This document shows, in pieces, positions 41,192 to 51,525 of a DNA stretch of 64,000 nt (positions within the stretch are counted from its first letter, which is position 1; every line of letters begins with the position of its first letter). This stretch comes from Terriglobia bacterium (GTDB lineage Bacteria > Acidobacteriota > Terriglobia > 20CM-2-55-15): NCBI GenBank assembly GCA_965198225.1, contig CBDAOY010000009.1:896001-960000 (forward strand), given 5' to 3'. Under the pieces are notes generated by a model. It saw only the letters and a list, made by a program, of their open reading frames with translations, did not search any database and was not told the DNA's origin. Position numbers and translations under genes: made by a program.

Positions 41192-44100
41192 CTAGAAGAA
41201 GAACTTCAGACCCACCTGAATCTGCCGCGCATCGTTCGCGGCGTTGATCGTTCCGAAGCTACCGGTCGTGCTACCGGTGGTTCCGGCAGCTCCCGGCACG
41301 AACGTCACGTTTGGCGCCTGGAAGTTGGTCCGGTTGAACGCGTTGAAGAACTCGAACCGGAGCTGCAGGTTCTGGTCCTCGCCGATGTACGTGTTCTTGA
41401 TCAGCGACAGGTCCCAGGTATTGCGACCCGGCGCCCGGACGGTGCCCCGACTGGCGTTCCCGAAGCGATTGCCCGGAGCGGCAAAACAGTTCGTGTCGAA
41501 CCAGCGATCCGGAGTCCCGTTGCTGATGTTCGGATTGCAGACGCGGTCGGGACGGAAGCTCTGCCCACCGATCGAGCCCGGCAGCCGCCGGCTGCTCGTC
41601 ACCGTCAGCGGCGTGCCGGTCATTGCCGTGACGATCCCGGTCAGCTGCCATCCGTCGACGATCCGACTGGCAGCTCCTTCCAGGCCGGAGGCCGGAAACT
41701 CGTAGATGTAGTTGAACGAGAAGCGGTGCTTCCGGTCGAACGAGATGAGCCCCTTCTCGGCCCCGATGCGGTTTAAGGCGTCCTGGGGGGACCCCGGGTT
41801 GCCGAAAGCGCTGGCTCCGCCCGTACCGATGTTCTTCGACCAGGTGTAGGAGGCGATGTAGCTCAGCCCGTTCGTCGTACGCTGCTCCAGCTTGGCCTGG
41901 AACGAGTGGTATGTGCTCTGGCCCTCGGTCGACCCGGTTGAGATCCGTCCGACCTGCGGGTACGGCTTGGTGGCCGCGATCTCGGCGGCGGTCTTGGTCG
42001 GGTCCCCGACCAGCAAAGGCTGGTTGCCGTCGTAACCGATCCGATCACGCAGACCCTTCGATCCGACGTAGGCCAGGTCCAGCAGGACGTTGTTGTGCAG
42101 CGCCCGCTGGATGCTCAGGCTCCAACGCTGCATGTAGGTGTTGGCGCTGTCCCGCACGACCGTCCGGATTCGCGTGTTCGACCCCACCGTGATCGTGGCG
42201 GGCGGGTTCGGGAACGGGTTGTCGAACGGCACGTCGTTGAACGCCTGTGCGTTGTTGTTTTCCACCGACGACGACGGTGGGCCCAGGAACATCTGGAACG
42301 GGTAGTTGTGGAGCAGGACGTCGTAGAAGATGCCGCCGCCGGCCCGGATCACGGTGTTGCCGTCGCCGGTGACATCCCAAGCGAAGCCGAGACGCGGCGC
42401 GAAGTTGTTCTTGTCCGTATCCCACGCTCCGTTCGTTCCGATGTCCACCCCGAGCTGGACCAGTTGACCTGTGTCGAAGTTCCACTGCCGCCAGAGATTG
42501 TCCTGTTCGTAGAGCGGCAGCTGGACATCGTGCCTCAGGCCCCAATTGATGGTCAGGTTCGGCGTGGCTTTCCAGTCGTCCTGGAAGAAGTAGGAGAAGA
42601 AGTTCCCCCGCTCGTGTTCGACGCTGTTGCCGACCTTCCGTCCGGCCGATCCCAGGTAACCCAGCAGGAAATCGGCGAAGTTGTCGCCCGTGAACGCCTG
42701 GTTGAACGTGTAGCTCCCCGACGTGTTGGACGGGAAGATCAGGTTCATTCCTTCGCGCCGGAACTCGCCCCCGAACTTGAAGGTGTGGTCGCCCCGCGTC
42801 CAGGTCAACGCCTCCGACACATGCCAGTTGTTGTGGAATCGGGCAAATCCGCCGCCGTTTCCCTGCGGCTGGTCGTAGCCCGAGATGCTGAGTCCCGGGA
42901 ATTTCTGGATCAGATCGTTGTCGCTCGCGAACGACTGCGTTTCGGTCAGGCCGAGCGCCTTCGCATGGAACCCTTCGCGCGCCTCCTTGCGCTGGAGGAT
43001 CTGCGTATTGGATCGGCTGAATCCAAACTTCGTTTCTCCAACCAGCTGGTTCGACCAGATCGAGGTCAGGAACAAGGCTATGGCCTGCGGATTCTTGATG
43101 ACATCGTCACCGAGCCCCGGCGTTGTCGTACGCTGCAACTCCCGGACCGACACGTCATCGGAATGGGTATAACGGCCGAAGAAAGTCTGGTTTTCGGTGA
43201 GCTTCGTGTCGACCCGGATCGTGTACTGATCGATATCTTTCGGGACACCGGTCGAACGGAACGTGTTGTTGGCGCCCGTGACGGAATCGATATCCGGATC
43301 GCTGAAGAACGGCAGGAAAGCCTGTGCCCTTGGACTGAACCGGCTCGACGGGATGATATTCCCGGCGAACGGTTGGCCCGTCGTGGGATCGATGATGGTC
43401 TTTCCCGTCGCACTGAAGTCGCCCTGACGCATCGCCCGTGTCGGTACCAGGCCGCTCCGGTTCGCGTTCGTGCTCTGGCGCGAACCCTCGTAGTTGAAGA
43501 AGAAGAAGGTGTGGTCGGAGACGATCGGACCGCCGATGGTCCCACCGAAATCGCTCCGTTTGAACTCGGGTTTCTCGCGGTTGGCCCGGTTCACGAAGAA
43601 GTTCGTCGCGTCCAGGTTGTCGTTGCGGTGGAAGCCGAACAGCGTTCCGTGGAATTCGTTCGTGCCGGTCTTGGTCGTCAGGTTGACGACACCGCCCGTG
43701 GCCCGGCCGAACTCGGCCGCGAACGTGCTCGTCTGGATCTTGAATTCGGCAAGAGCGTCGATCGAAGGCAGAAGGCGGATCTCGCCGTTGGCCAGGTCGT
43801 TGTTGTCGACGCCGTCCAGGATGAAGTTGTTTCCCCAGAGACGGCCGCCGTTGATGTGGGCGTTTCCGCCGCGCGAGGCCGTGTTCTCACCCTGAGCCAG
43901 CTCCGACACGCCGGTCGCCAGCATGTTCAACCCCAGGAAGCTGCGGCCGTTCAACGGAAGGTCGTCGATCTTGTCGCGGTCGATGACCTGACCCAGCGAT
44001 GCCGTGTCGGTCTCGACCAGCGGAGCGGTCCCGATGACGTCGATCGTCTGGGCGACGTCGCCGACGGCCATCTCGAAATCGATGCGGGCCGCCTGGTTGA

Positions 44101-44419
44101 CCTGCAGAACGACGCCGGTTCGCACCTGCGTGGCGAACCCGGGGAATTGCGCCTCGATCCGGTAGTTGCCCGCGGGCAACGCGGTGATCGTGTAGTTGCC
44201 GGTCTCGTTCGTCAGTATTTCGCGTGTCGCGTTCGTGTCGACGTTCGTGGCCGTGATTGTCACGCCGGGCAGCACCGCGCCGGTCTGGTCGGCGACGCTT
44301 CCGACGATCTGTCCAGTAAAACTTTGAGCGAACGCCGCCGGTCCTCCCGCCGTCAGCAGTAACACTGCCAACGAGGCGACCAGCACAATTCGCCGTCTAA
44401 AGAAACTAAACGTATCCAT
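41192..44419 (-). CDS. TonB-dependent receptor, Oar-like with carboxypeptidase-regulatory-like N-terminus
   Basis: DQTGAVLPGVTI, LPLNGRSF, DALAEFKIQT, TKTGTNEFHG, NNFAPRLGFAW, C-terminal RQIQVGLKFFF; AGGAG RBS at 44419. Confidence 0.93.
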   Translation of the reverse strand: MDTFSFFRRRIVLVASLAVLLLTAGGPAAFAQSFTGQIVGSVADQTGAVLPGVTITATNVDTNATREILTNETGNYTITALPAGNYRIEAQFPGFATQVRTGVVLQVNQAARIDFEMAVGDVAQTIDVIGTAPLVETDTASLGQVIDRDKIDDLPLNGRSFLGLNMLATGVSELAQGENTASRGGNAHINGGRLWGNNFILDGVDNNDLANGEIRLLPSIDALAEFKIQTSTFAAEFGRATGGVVNLTTKTGTNEFHGTLFGFHRNDNLDATNFFVNRANREKPEFKRSDFGGTIGGPIVSDHTFFFFNYEGSRQSTNANRSGLVPTRAMRQGDFSATGKTIIDPTTGQPFAGNIIPSSRFSPRAQAFLPFFSDPDIDSVTGANNTFRSTGVPKDIDQYTIRVDTKLTENQTFFGRYTHSDDVSVRELQRTTTPGLGDDVIKNPQAIALFLTSIWSNQLVGETKFGFSRSNTQILQRKEAREGFHAKALGLTETQSFASDNDLIQKFPGLSISGYDQPQGNGGGFARFHNNWHVSEALTWTRGDHTFKFGGEFRREGMNLIFPSNTSGSYTFNQAFTGDNFADFLLGYLGSAGRKVGNSVEHERGNFFSYFFQDDWKATPNLTINWGLRHDVQLPLYEQDNLWRQWNFDTGQLVQLGVDIGTNGAWDTDKNNFAPRLGFAWDVTGDGNTVIRAGGGIFYDVLLHNYPFQMFLGPPSSSVENNNAQAFNDVPFDNPFPNPPATITVGSNTRIRTVVRDSANTYMQRWSLSIQRALHNNVLLDLAYVGSKGLRDRIGYDGNQPLLVGDPTKTAAEIAATKPYPQVGRISTGSTEGQSTYHSFQAKLEQRTTNGLSYIASYTWSKNIGTGGASAFGNPGSPQDALNRIGAEKGLISFDRKHRFSFNYIYEFPASGLEGAASRIVDGWQLTGIVTAMTGTPLTVTSSRRLPGSIGGQSFRPDRVCNPNISNGTPDRWFDTNCFAAPGNRFGNASRGTVRAPGRNTWDLSLIKNTYIGEDQNLQLRFEFFNAFNRTNFQAPNVTFVPGAAGTTGSTTGSFGTINAANDARQIQVGLKFFF

Positions 44420-44990
44420 TGAAATCTCCTGAGCTTGAGGGCGCCCGGGCCCGTTTTCATTCCACACCCGGACGTTTCCTTCGTTGTAGCTGCTTACACC
44501 CACTCAATACGAGGGATCACAATCGGTCCCCCGCCATTCATCAATACTTCTTTGCTTTCTTTGAGAGTCTAAGACTCCTCCCAGCCCATAACGACCAAGG
44601 GAACTCAGCCAAATATTTTACCCTCGAAAGAACCGAATCCTAGAGAAATAATCTTGCGAGCCGCTTGAGACTCCCGAGCAGCTAGTCAAACTAGCAGCCT
44701 GAAATCAAAGACATGGCGGCGACCGATTGCGTCAAGGTCTTTCCGATTCATTCGATTGGCGCGTCAGTTTTGCTCGATTGGGTCGCGACCTTCGATACCG
44801 AGCGACACTCGAATGATCCTGACGCTTTTGGAGGGCGACCCGGTTGTCGGGCTCGCGGACCGTCCACATATTTATATGCAGTATAGATACTTATGAGTCC
44901 TTGCGGCTGGGTCCGGCCCCAGAAATCCGTGCGTCCCTCTGCAGCGTCGGCATAGAATAACGGCATCGTTTTCTCTCGACGAAACACGAA

Positions 44991-46466
44991 ATGGGAATCC
45001 GAAATCGATTGTTGAGCGCGGTCGCAGTGATGACCGTCGTGCTGACGATGTCGGTCACCTCGGGGTTTGGGCAGGCGTCGGCACCGAGGTGGGAGCAATT
45101 GATGGAGCAGTTCCAGCGGCACCTCGATCGCGATGACTGGAGCCAGGCGTTCTCTCTCGTACAGGCTATCGCCAGAGAGACTCAAAGCCTGGACCCCGAT
45201 AGCCGGGAGAGTCTTCTGACGGCCGCCCAGTTTGCCCGACTGGCCGGCACACTGCGACTGCGGGACCGGTTCGCGGAAGCCGAACAAGTGTACCTGCGCC
45301 TGGTCGGTCTTCGGGAACGTTCGCTGGGAAGTAACCACCCGGCAGTGGGGCAGACGCTGAATGAAATCGGCTTGTTCTACAGGGACCAGTCGAAGTTTGC
45401 TGAAGCTGCAGGAGTCCTGAGGCGGGCCCTGTCGATCGCCGAGGAGGCGTACGGCGCGGAACACGCCGAAGTTGCCGCGGCAGCGAACAACCTCGGTATG
45501 GCGTATCGCGACCTGGCCAACTACTCTATGGCCGGGCCACTCCTTCAGCGCGCCGTCTCGATCACCGAAGATCTCGTCGGGCCCGAGCACCCGGATCTTG
45601 CGGCGGCCCTGAACAATCTCGGGCAGCTTTACCAGGCAATCGGGCGATTGGATCGAGCCGAGCCACTACTGGAGCGGTCCGTCGAGATCAATGAGAAGGC
45701 GCTCGAGGCCGATGATCTTCGACTCTCGACGAGCCTGAGGAGCCTGGCGGGGATCTACACGGCGCAAGGTCGGCCGGCCGCGGCGCTGGCGCTCTATGAG
45801 AGGGCTCTCGGGACGACGGAAGCTGCCTTAGGACCCAATCACACCGAAGTTGCGAGCGCCCTGAACAACCTGGGCGTGACCTACCGCAGCCTGGGCCGCC
45901 TGGACGAAGCCGAACCCCTGTTCGAGAGGGCCCTGGGCATCCTTGAAGACGTTCGCGGAGCCGAGCAAGCGGATGTCGCCGCGACGCTGAACAATCTTGC
46001 ACTGCTCTATTACACCCAGCGTCGCTACTCCAGGGCGGCACCGCTCTACGAGCGCTCCGTCGAAATCTTTAGGAACGTCTTCGGGCTGGAGCATCCCAAC
46101 CTGGCGATGGGATTGAACAATCTTGCCGGCCTATACCGGGCGCAGGGAAGGGCGGATGAAGCAGAACAGCTGTACCGGCAGGCGCTGGAGATTCGGGAGA
46201 AGGCAATCGGCCCGGAACACCCCGAGGTGGCCTCGACTCTGAACGGCCTGGCACTCCTCTACCACGGCGAGCGAAGGTATGCCGACGCGGAGCCGCTCTA
46301 CCGCCGCGCAATCGAGATCCGCGAGACTGCACTCGGGCCTGCGCACCCGGGTCTGGTGACGACGTTGGAGAACCTGAGCGCGCTGCTTGCGGAAACGGGA
46401 AGAGCGGTGGAGGCCGGTGATCTGATCCGACGGGCCCGGGCGATACAGGCGGCGGGCCCTAACTGA
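44991..46466 (+). CDS. Secreted TPR protein (42-aa kinesin-light-chain-type repeats)
   Basis: About nine repeats of GPEHPxVAxxLNNLAxLYxxxGRYxxAEPLYERA; signal peptide. Confidence 0.9.
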   Translation: MGIRNRLLSAVAVMTVVLTMSVTSGFGQASAPRWEQLMEQFQRHLDRDDWSQAFSLVQAIARETQSLDPDSRESLLTAAQFARLAGTLRLRDRFAEAEQVYLRLVGLRERSLGSNHPAVGQTLNEIGLFYRDQSKFAEAAGVLRRALSIAEEAYGAEHAEVAAAANNLGMAYRDLANYSMAGPLLQRAVSITEDLVGPEHPDLAAALNNLGQLYQAIGRLDRAEPLLERSVEINEKALEADDLRLSTSLRSLAGIYTAQGRPAAALALYERALGTTEAALGPNHTEVASALNNLGVTYRSLGRLDEAEPLFERALGILEDVRGAEQADVAATLNNLALLYYTQRRYSRAAPLYERSVEIFRNVFGLEHPNLAMGLNNLAGLYRAQGRADEAEQLYRQALEIREKAIGPEHPEVASTLNGLALLYHGERRYADAEPLYRRAIEIRETALGPAHPGLVTTLENLSALLAETGRAVEAGDLIRRARAIQAAGPN

Positions 46467-47085
46467 AGGATGGCAGGCCGGCTGTCGAGCGCCCTTGAGT
46501 CCGGCGCTTGCGCCCCGATTCGTTCCAGTCGAATCCCAGAAATTCCATGAACGCGCCTTGGTTCTTCGACCCGGTTCGTCGGCGGTTCCACTCCTTGATA
46601 CGCTCCTGGTATTCCTCGGACTCGTCCTCGTTCCATTTGCACACCGCGCGCAAAGTCCGCTTCGCGATTTTTCCGTCGAGTTCGTAAAGACACTCGGACA
46701 CCTTGCTGAGAGACAAGCCTTCCACGGCCCCGGTGTCGGACAGCGTGATGTTGAACGGGTGCTCGCGGCAGGCGACCGGGCGGTGTTCATAAACGGTGCA
46801 CATATCTTCCTTGTCGAGGAAGATGCATCGGTTTCGGCCCCATCGGAGCGCCATGATCACGCGGCGCGTGGCCAGCCGAACCCAGAAGGGATACCGTTTG
46901 GCGATGTTGATTTCGTCTTCTCCGAAGAAACGGATGAATTCCTGTGGAGCCTTGCCGGTACCCTCGACGATCCGACGGACGTCATGATCGGTGAGCATCA
47001 CGATCGTTTCCTTGCAGCAGTTGCCGCAACCCGTACATCGAAACTTCAACAGGTCGGTCCAGTCCTTCACAGTCGGTGTCGCCAT
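46459..47085 (-). CDS. YkgJ family cysteine-cluster (CxxCxxCC) protein
   Basis: FRCTGCGNCC, CIFL, CTVYEHRPVACREHPF. Confidence 0.88.
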   Translation of the reverse strand: MATPTVKDWTDLLKFRCTGCGNCCKETIVMLTDHDVRRIVEGTGKAPQEFIRFFGEDEINIAKRYPFWVRLATRRVIMALRWGRNRCIFLDKEDMCTVYEHRPVACREHPFNITLSDTGAVEGLSLSKVSECLYELDGKIAKRTLRAVCKWNEDESEEYQERIKEWNRRRTGSKNQGAFMEFLGFDWNESGRKRRTQGRSTAGLPSFS

Positions 47086-47180
47086 CCTCGCTACCTCGCC
47101 TCTCCTGATGTTGGTGTGACTGATCATACTAGATTCGAAGACGGACAGATGGGGGGATGTCGGCTGGATTGTCCTCACTC

Positions 47181-47250
47181 ACCAACTTTTCCGCTTACCG
47201 AACATCCGGGGACAGGGCCAGGCCCCTGTCCCCCTCACATTGGCTCCCTC
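47181..47250. repeat. REP-like family B copy
   Basis: Reverse-complement homologue of 41040-41106. Confidence 0.75.
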
Positions 47251-47362
47251 GCGGAACGATCCGGCAGCCCGGTATTTAGGTAGACGGACTGTGGGATTCC
47301 ATATATAAGGCCTGCATGTCAAGTGACCCGACGCCGGCAACTTCAAGTAGCAGCCGCTCCTG

Positions 47363-48796
47363 ATGAAGCACGACCGACTCGAAGACTGGACGCCGGCACA
47401 GATGCCCGCTGCGCCCCCACCCGGCTTCGGCAACTTCCTGCGCGTGATCGGACCCGCCATCATCATGATCGGGATTTCGATCGGCAGTGGCGAATGGCTC
47501 ATCGGACCAGCAGCCGCCGTGCGCTATGGCGTGGCGATGCTGGGTATCGTGACGATCGCGGTCCTGCTCCAGGCCGTCTTCAACATCGAGCTGATGCGCT
47601 ACACGGTCAGCACCGGCGAGCCGATATCCACGGGTTTCATGAGGCTGGGAAACCGGCCCCGGATGGTCGGCCTGATCTATATCATCTTCGGTTTTTTCCA
47701 CCTCGGCTGGCCCGCGTTTGCCGCGGCGTCTGCGGCCGCGCTGTTTGCCGCAATCAACGGACGCCTTCCCGTCGACCTCGACGCCGGCTCGGTGATGCTA
47801 TACGGCTACTTCACGTTCTTGCTGGCGCTGGCGATATTGCTCTTCGGCAAGACCGTCGAGCGGACCCTGGAGCGAGTGTCCTGGGCCTTGATGTCCTTGG
47901 TGTTTCTGTTCATGCTGGTCGTCAACGTTGCGTTCATTCCGGCGAGCGTGTGGTGGTCGACGTTCAAAGGTTTCGGGTTTGTAGGCAGGCTTCCCTCCAG
48001 CGTCGACTGGACGCTTGTCGGAGCGTTTGCGGCGTATGCCGGAGCAGGAGGCATCGCCAACCTGATGCTGTCGAGCTGGGCCCGCGATCGCGGCTACGGC
48101 ATGGGCGCGAATGTGGGTGCGATCGGAGGCGCCGTCGGCGGCAGCCCCACGAAACTGAGCCCGACAGGCCACACGTTTAAAATCGATGAGGAGAGCCTCG
48201 GCAAGTGGAAGCGCTGGATGGGCTTCGTTCATGCCGAGCAACTCGGCGTGTGGGCTCTCTTCTGCCTGATCGGAATGTTTCTCACGGTCAACATGGCTGT
48301 CGGGACGATGCCGGAGGGAACCGACATGACGGGCCTCGCGGCCGGGGCCTACCAGGCCGAGTATCTGCGCACGGAAGTGGGCGAGTTCATGTGGCTGCTG
48401 GCGCTGCTCAATGGTTTCTGGATTCTGCTGTCGACCCAGCTTGCGGTGATGGATGGCCTGGTACGAGTGACCACGGACATCATCTGGGCGGGCTTTCCGG
48501 AAGTCCGGGCTCGCGCCGGTCACGATGTCCGGAAGGTCTACTACACATTGCTGGCGGGCTTCATCGTCTGGGGGTGCTTTGCGCTCTCGATCGCCCAACC
48601 GATTGTCCTGCTCCTCATCGGAGCCAACGTCGCGGGCTTCATCCTGACGTTCGCTGCCGTCCACATCGTCTTGGTAAACAGACGCCTCCTGCCCGAGCCC
48701 CTCCGCCCTTCAGTGATGAGAGAAGCGCTGATGCTCCTCGTCGCCGCCTTCTACGGCTTCTTTGTTGTCATGAACCTTCGCTCGCTCTTTAACTAG
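47363..48796 (+). CDS. Nramp-like (APC superfamily) transporter
   Basis: IGPAIIMIGISIGSGEW, RYTVSTGE, about 11 TM segments. Confidence 0.78.
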   Translation: MKHDRLEDWTPAQMPAAPPPGFGNFLRVIGPAIIMIGISIGSGEWLIGPAAAVRYGVAMLGIVTIAVLLQAVFNIELMRYTVSTGEPISTGFMRLGNRPRMVGLIYIIFGFFHLGWPAFAAASAAALFAAINGRLPVDLDAGSVMLYGYFTFLLALAILLFGKTVERTLERVSWALMSLVFLFMLVVNVAFIPASVWWSTFKGFGFVGRLPSSVDWTLVGAFAAYAGAGGIANLMLSSWARDRGYGMGANVGAIGGAVGGSPTKLSPTGHTFKIDEESLGKWKRWMGFVHAEQLGVWALFCLIGMFLTVNMAVGTMPEGTDMTGLAAGAYQAEYLRTEVGEFMWLLALLNGFWILLSTQLAVMDGLVRVTTDIIWAGFPEVRARAGHDVRKVYYTLLAGFIVWGCFALSIAQPIVLLLIGANVAGFILTFAAVHIVLVNRRLLPEPLRPSVMREALMLLVAAFYGFFVVMNLRSLFN

Positions 48797-48829
48797 GTCC
48801 GTGGGTGGTTGGTACGCACGGGCTTTTCG

Positions 48830-48979
48830 CCAATCGACCAGGTGCCGTGAGAGAGCCACTGTGAGGGGGACAGGGGTATAGCCCTGTCCCCGGGTGTTTG
48901 GGCACGCAGAAATGTGTAGGTGCGCTCTATGAGCGCATCTGCAAACAGAGAAGATGTGCGGTCATAGCCCGCCCCTACA
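48830..48979. repeat. Family B copy followed by a family A REP doublet
   Basis: tgtgagggggacagggg..ccctgtcccc, then tgtaggtgcgctctatgagcgca...gtgcggtcatagcccgcccctaca. Confidence 0.78.
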
Positions 48980-49000
48980 GGAGACAGACCAGCTGGCGAG

Positions 49001-50680
49001 CTAGTCTTCCTTCCTCAACCGCGCCACTATCTCCTCTTCCTTCCTCTGAATCTTCTCTTCGGTTCCTCGGCGGGCGATCGAGTAGTCGGCCATGTCGATC
49101 AGGACGTAGGGAGCAAGCAGAGGAAATTGTTCGGCCACGAGCCGGTACTTCTCCTGCTCGATCCAGCGGTATGCCGGATGCCCCTGCGAGATCGTCCGCA
49201 GCTCGGTTTCCCAGAAGAACTGCCGGAAGTTCTGCCACTGATAGAAGCGGACCCGGTAGGCCAGCGGCACCACGTACTGTGCGAGATCCGGGTCGGCGCC
49301 CTCCAGCTTCCGGAAGAGTGCCCCGGCCCGATCGAGCGCTTCAACAAAGGGCCTTCGAAGACCGGACTCCTGGATCTCGGTCGGGATGTCGTAACCGTGA
49401 TGTACGGAGAACCTCTGCCGCTCCTGGGTCATCATCCGGTGCCGGTGCAGGTCGCGGTAGGAGCCGATGTCGACCATGATTTCGAAACGCAGGTAGGAGT
49501 TCTCCAGCGAGCGACCGACCTTGTACCAGCGTGCCGGCCGGCCGGCGAAATACCGTCCCAGCAAGTCCTTCTTTTCCTCCTCCGACAGCGCCCGAACCGC
49601 TTCGAAGGCTTCACGCCATCCGATATGGGATTGTGAGAACAGGACGCCGGCCAACATCTTGTCCTCAGCTTCCGCATCCCACTCGACGAGTTTCACGCCG
49701 GCTCGATCTCCAGCATCGATCCGATCGGATTGGACCCGTCCGGCGAACTCGCGCACCAGATCATTCCGGCGGGACAAGTACTCCTGATAGTCCCCGGATT
49801 TCTCGTCCCTCACGCGCAGGAGCAGGGAAGGAATCTCCTCGTCGAGCTCCTTCTTCAGCGCTCCGGACAGCCAGCGGAGTTCGCCGATCGAATGTCGTGC
49901 CGTCCGGTTCAGCAGGTACTCGAACGCCTGTGCGTTACCGCGAAGCGCGACCTGCCCGAGCGTGGCCATCGGTAACAGCCCCCGCAGCGTGTCGAACGCC
50001 TTCTTCTCGAGGATCGAAGGCTTTTCGCTGAAGTTTGCCTGAAGCCACTCCTGGAGCGGATCGAGCAGCGCGACGTATGTCTCGAACAGATGATCCATTG
50101 TCGACGTGTATTCATCCAGCAGCGAGAGTCGTACCAGGTCTGGCTTCGGGGTGTAGTAGAGGTAGCGACCTCCGACCTTGCTGCCGAAGTTCACATAGCG
50201 CGTGGACTTCTCGATCGGCTCCAGTCCGATTCGCTGATCCTCGACGAACTTCATGGCCACCTGCGAGATTCCCCAGAGGATGACGTGGGCGCCGGTCATC
50301 TGGGCGATGGAGTCGTCACCGTACTGGGACAGCCACTTGGCGTAGAACTTCTGTGCCCGGTGGTTGTTCAGGATGTTCTTGAAACCGTGATCCTTCAGGA
50401 AACCAACGGTCGCTTCCAGCTCCGCCGCCAGAGCTGGATCGTCCCCGTCGACGATGGGATAGACGTACTCCTTGAGCAGGACCTCGAGCAGGGAACCCTT
50501 GGCGCGGCTGGCCCGCGAGCAGAGGGCGCCGACAATCTCGGGCGGCAGGTTGCGGAGGACCGACACCAGGCCGTTCTCGTTCGTCGCAAACGGTTGTAGA
50601 AACCGGACATCGCGCTCCGACCAACTGTGAGGCGAGAAATCGGGTGCGTACTCGGTGTCGGGAACAGGGACCATCATCAC
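49001..50680 (-). CDS. thyX: FAD-dependent thymidylate synthase, tandem Thy1 domains
   Basis: YGDDSIAQ, EKSTRY and AFDTLRGLLP in domain 1; YRDLHRHR, ELRT and GHPAYR in domain 2. Confidence 0.85.
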   Translation of the reverse strand: MMMVPVPDTEYAPDFSPHSWSERDVRFLQPFATNENGLVSVLRNLPPEIVGALCSRASRAKGSLLEVLLKEYVYPIVDGDDPALAAELEATVGFLKDHGFKNILNNHRAQKFYAKWLSQYGDDSIAQMTGAHVILWGISQVAMKFVEDQRIGLEPIEKSTRYVNFGSKVGGRYLYYTPKPDLVRLSLLDEYTSTMDHLFETYVALLDPLQEWLQANFSEKPSILEKKAFDTLRGLLPMATLGQVALRGNAQAFEYLLNRTARHSIGELRWLSGALKKELDEEIPSLLLRVRDEKSGDYQEYLSRRNDLVREFAGRVQSDRIDAGDRAGVKLVEWDAEAEDKMLAGVLFSQSHIGWREAFEAVRALSEEEKKDLLGRYFAGRPARWYKVGRSLENSYLRFEIMVDIGSYRDLHRHRMMTQERQRFSVHHGYDIPTEIQESGLRRPFVEALDRAGALFRKLEGADPDLAQYVVPLAYRVRFYQWQNFRQFFWETELRTISQGHPAYRWIEQEKYRLVAEQFPLLAPYVLIDMADYSIARRGTEEKIQRKEEEIVARLRKED

Positions 50681-50683
50681 TCC

Positions 50684-50835
50684 AAATCAGAAATGTCGAA
50701 TCTCCAATCTCGAATTTCCATTGCGGAATTTCCAATAGACCAATCTGCAATCAACTCGTCAACTGCGACCTGAATATATCGCAGATTTTTCTATCGGAGA
50801 TTCCGCATTCGACATTTCCTCAGTGGAGACTCGAA
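50684..50835. repeat. Family C repeat (divergent pair)
   Basis: atcgcagatttttctatcggagattccgcatt at 50778-50809 resembles 20381-20412; an inverted unit precedes it. Confidence 0.65.
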
Positions 50836-50933
50836 ATAGGGATTCTTCGGACGGAAGCCGGCCCGAGCCTGCCGCAAATTTTGCGTGTTGACGCTCTTAT
50901 TTCGCCACTAATGCATCCGCACCCGCCGTCGAT

Positions 50934-51356
50934 ATGTACGGCATGGCACACCGGGCGCGGAGCACTGTCGAGAACACTCCGGGAACCGCTTACGCTTCGG
51001 TCTTTCCTGATGGCCATCCCGTACTGGAAATCTCAGACGCCAACTTTGACGTCGACGTGCTCGGCTCCCGACGGCCGTTCCTCCTCAACTTCGGCGCATC
51101 GTGGTGCAAGCCTTGCCGGTTGATCGGCCCGGCAGTAGCTCGGCTGGCAGCCGACTATGCCGGCATCGTCCAAGTCGGCCAGCTTGATGTTGTGGCAAAC
51201 CCCGCCACGAGAATTCGCCTGGGTGTCCGCCGCATACCTGCATTACTGCTGTTCGTCGACGGACGACTGAAGGAGAGCTTCATCGGGACTGACGGCCTGG
51301 AGGAGCTTCATCAAGCGCTGGATGAATACCGCTCGGTAGAGTCGGCCATTCAGTGA
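50934..51356 (+). CDS. Thioredoxin-domain protein
   Basis: FGASWCKPC, IPALLLF cis-Pro loop; start uncertain. Confidence 0.85.
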   Translation: MYGMAHRARSTVENTPGTAYASVFPDGHPVLEISDANFDVDVLGSRRPFLLNFGASWCKPCRLIGPAVARLAADYAGIVQVGQLDVVANPATRIRLGVRRIPALLLFVDGRLKESFIGTDGLEELHQALDEYRSVESAIQ

Positions 51357-51364
51357 CAAGTGAA

Positions 51365-51432
51365 TGTAGCTACGCTCTATGACTGCACATCGTTTCGGCT
51401 CGAAGGCTGTGCGGTCATAGACCGCACCTACA
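51365..51432. repeat. Family A REP doublet
   Basis: tgtagctacgctctatgactgcac...gtgcggtcatagaccgcacctaca. Confidence 0.8.
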
Positions 51433-51525
51433 CGTGAAAGGCTCGGCCACCCGAGTTTGCATTCCCACAATGCGCTCACAGAGCGCGGCGGTCGTGGATG
51501 CTGTCAGTGGCGGGACCGTCAACTA

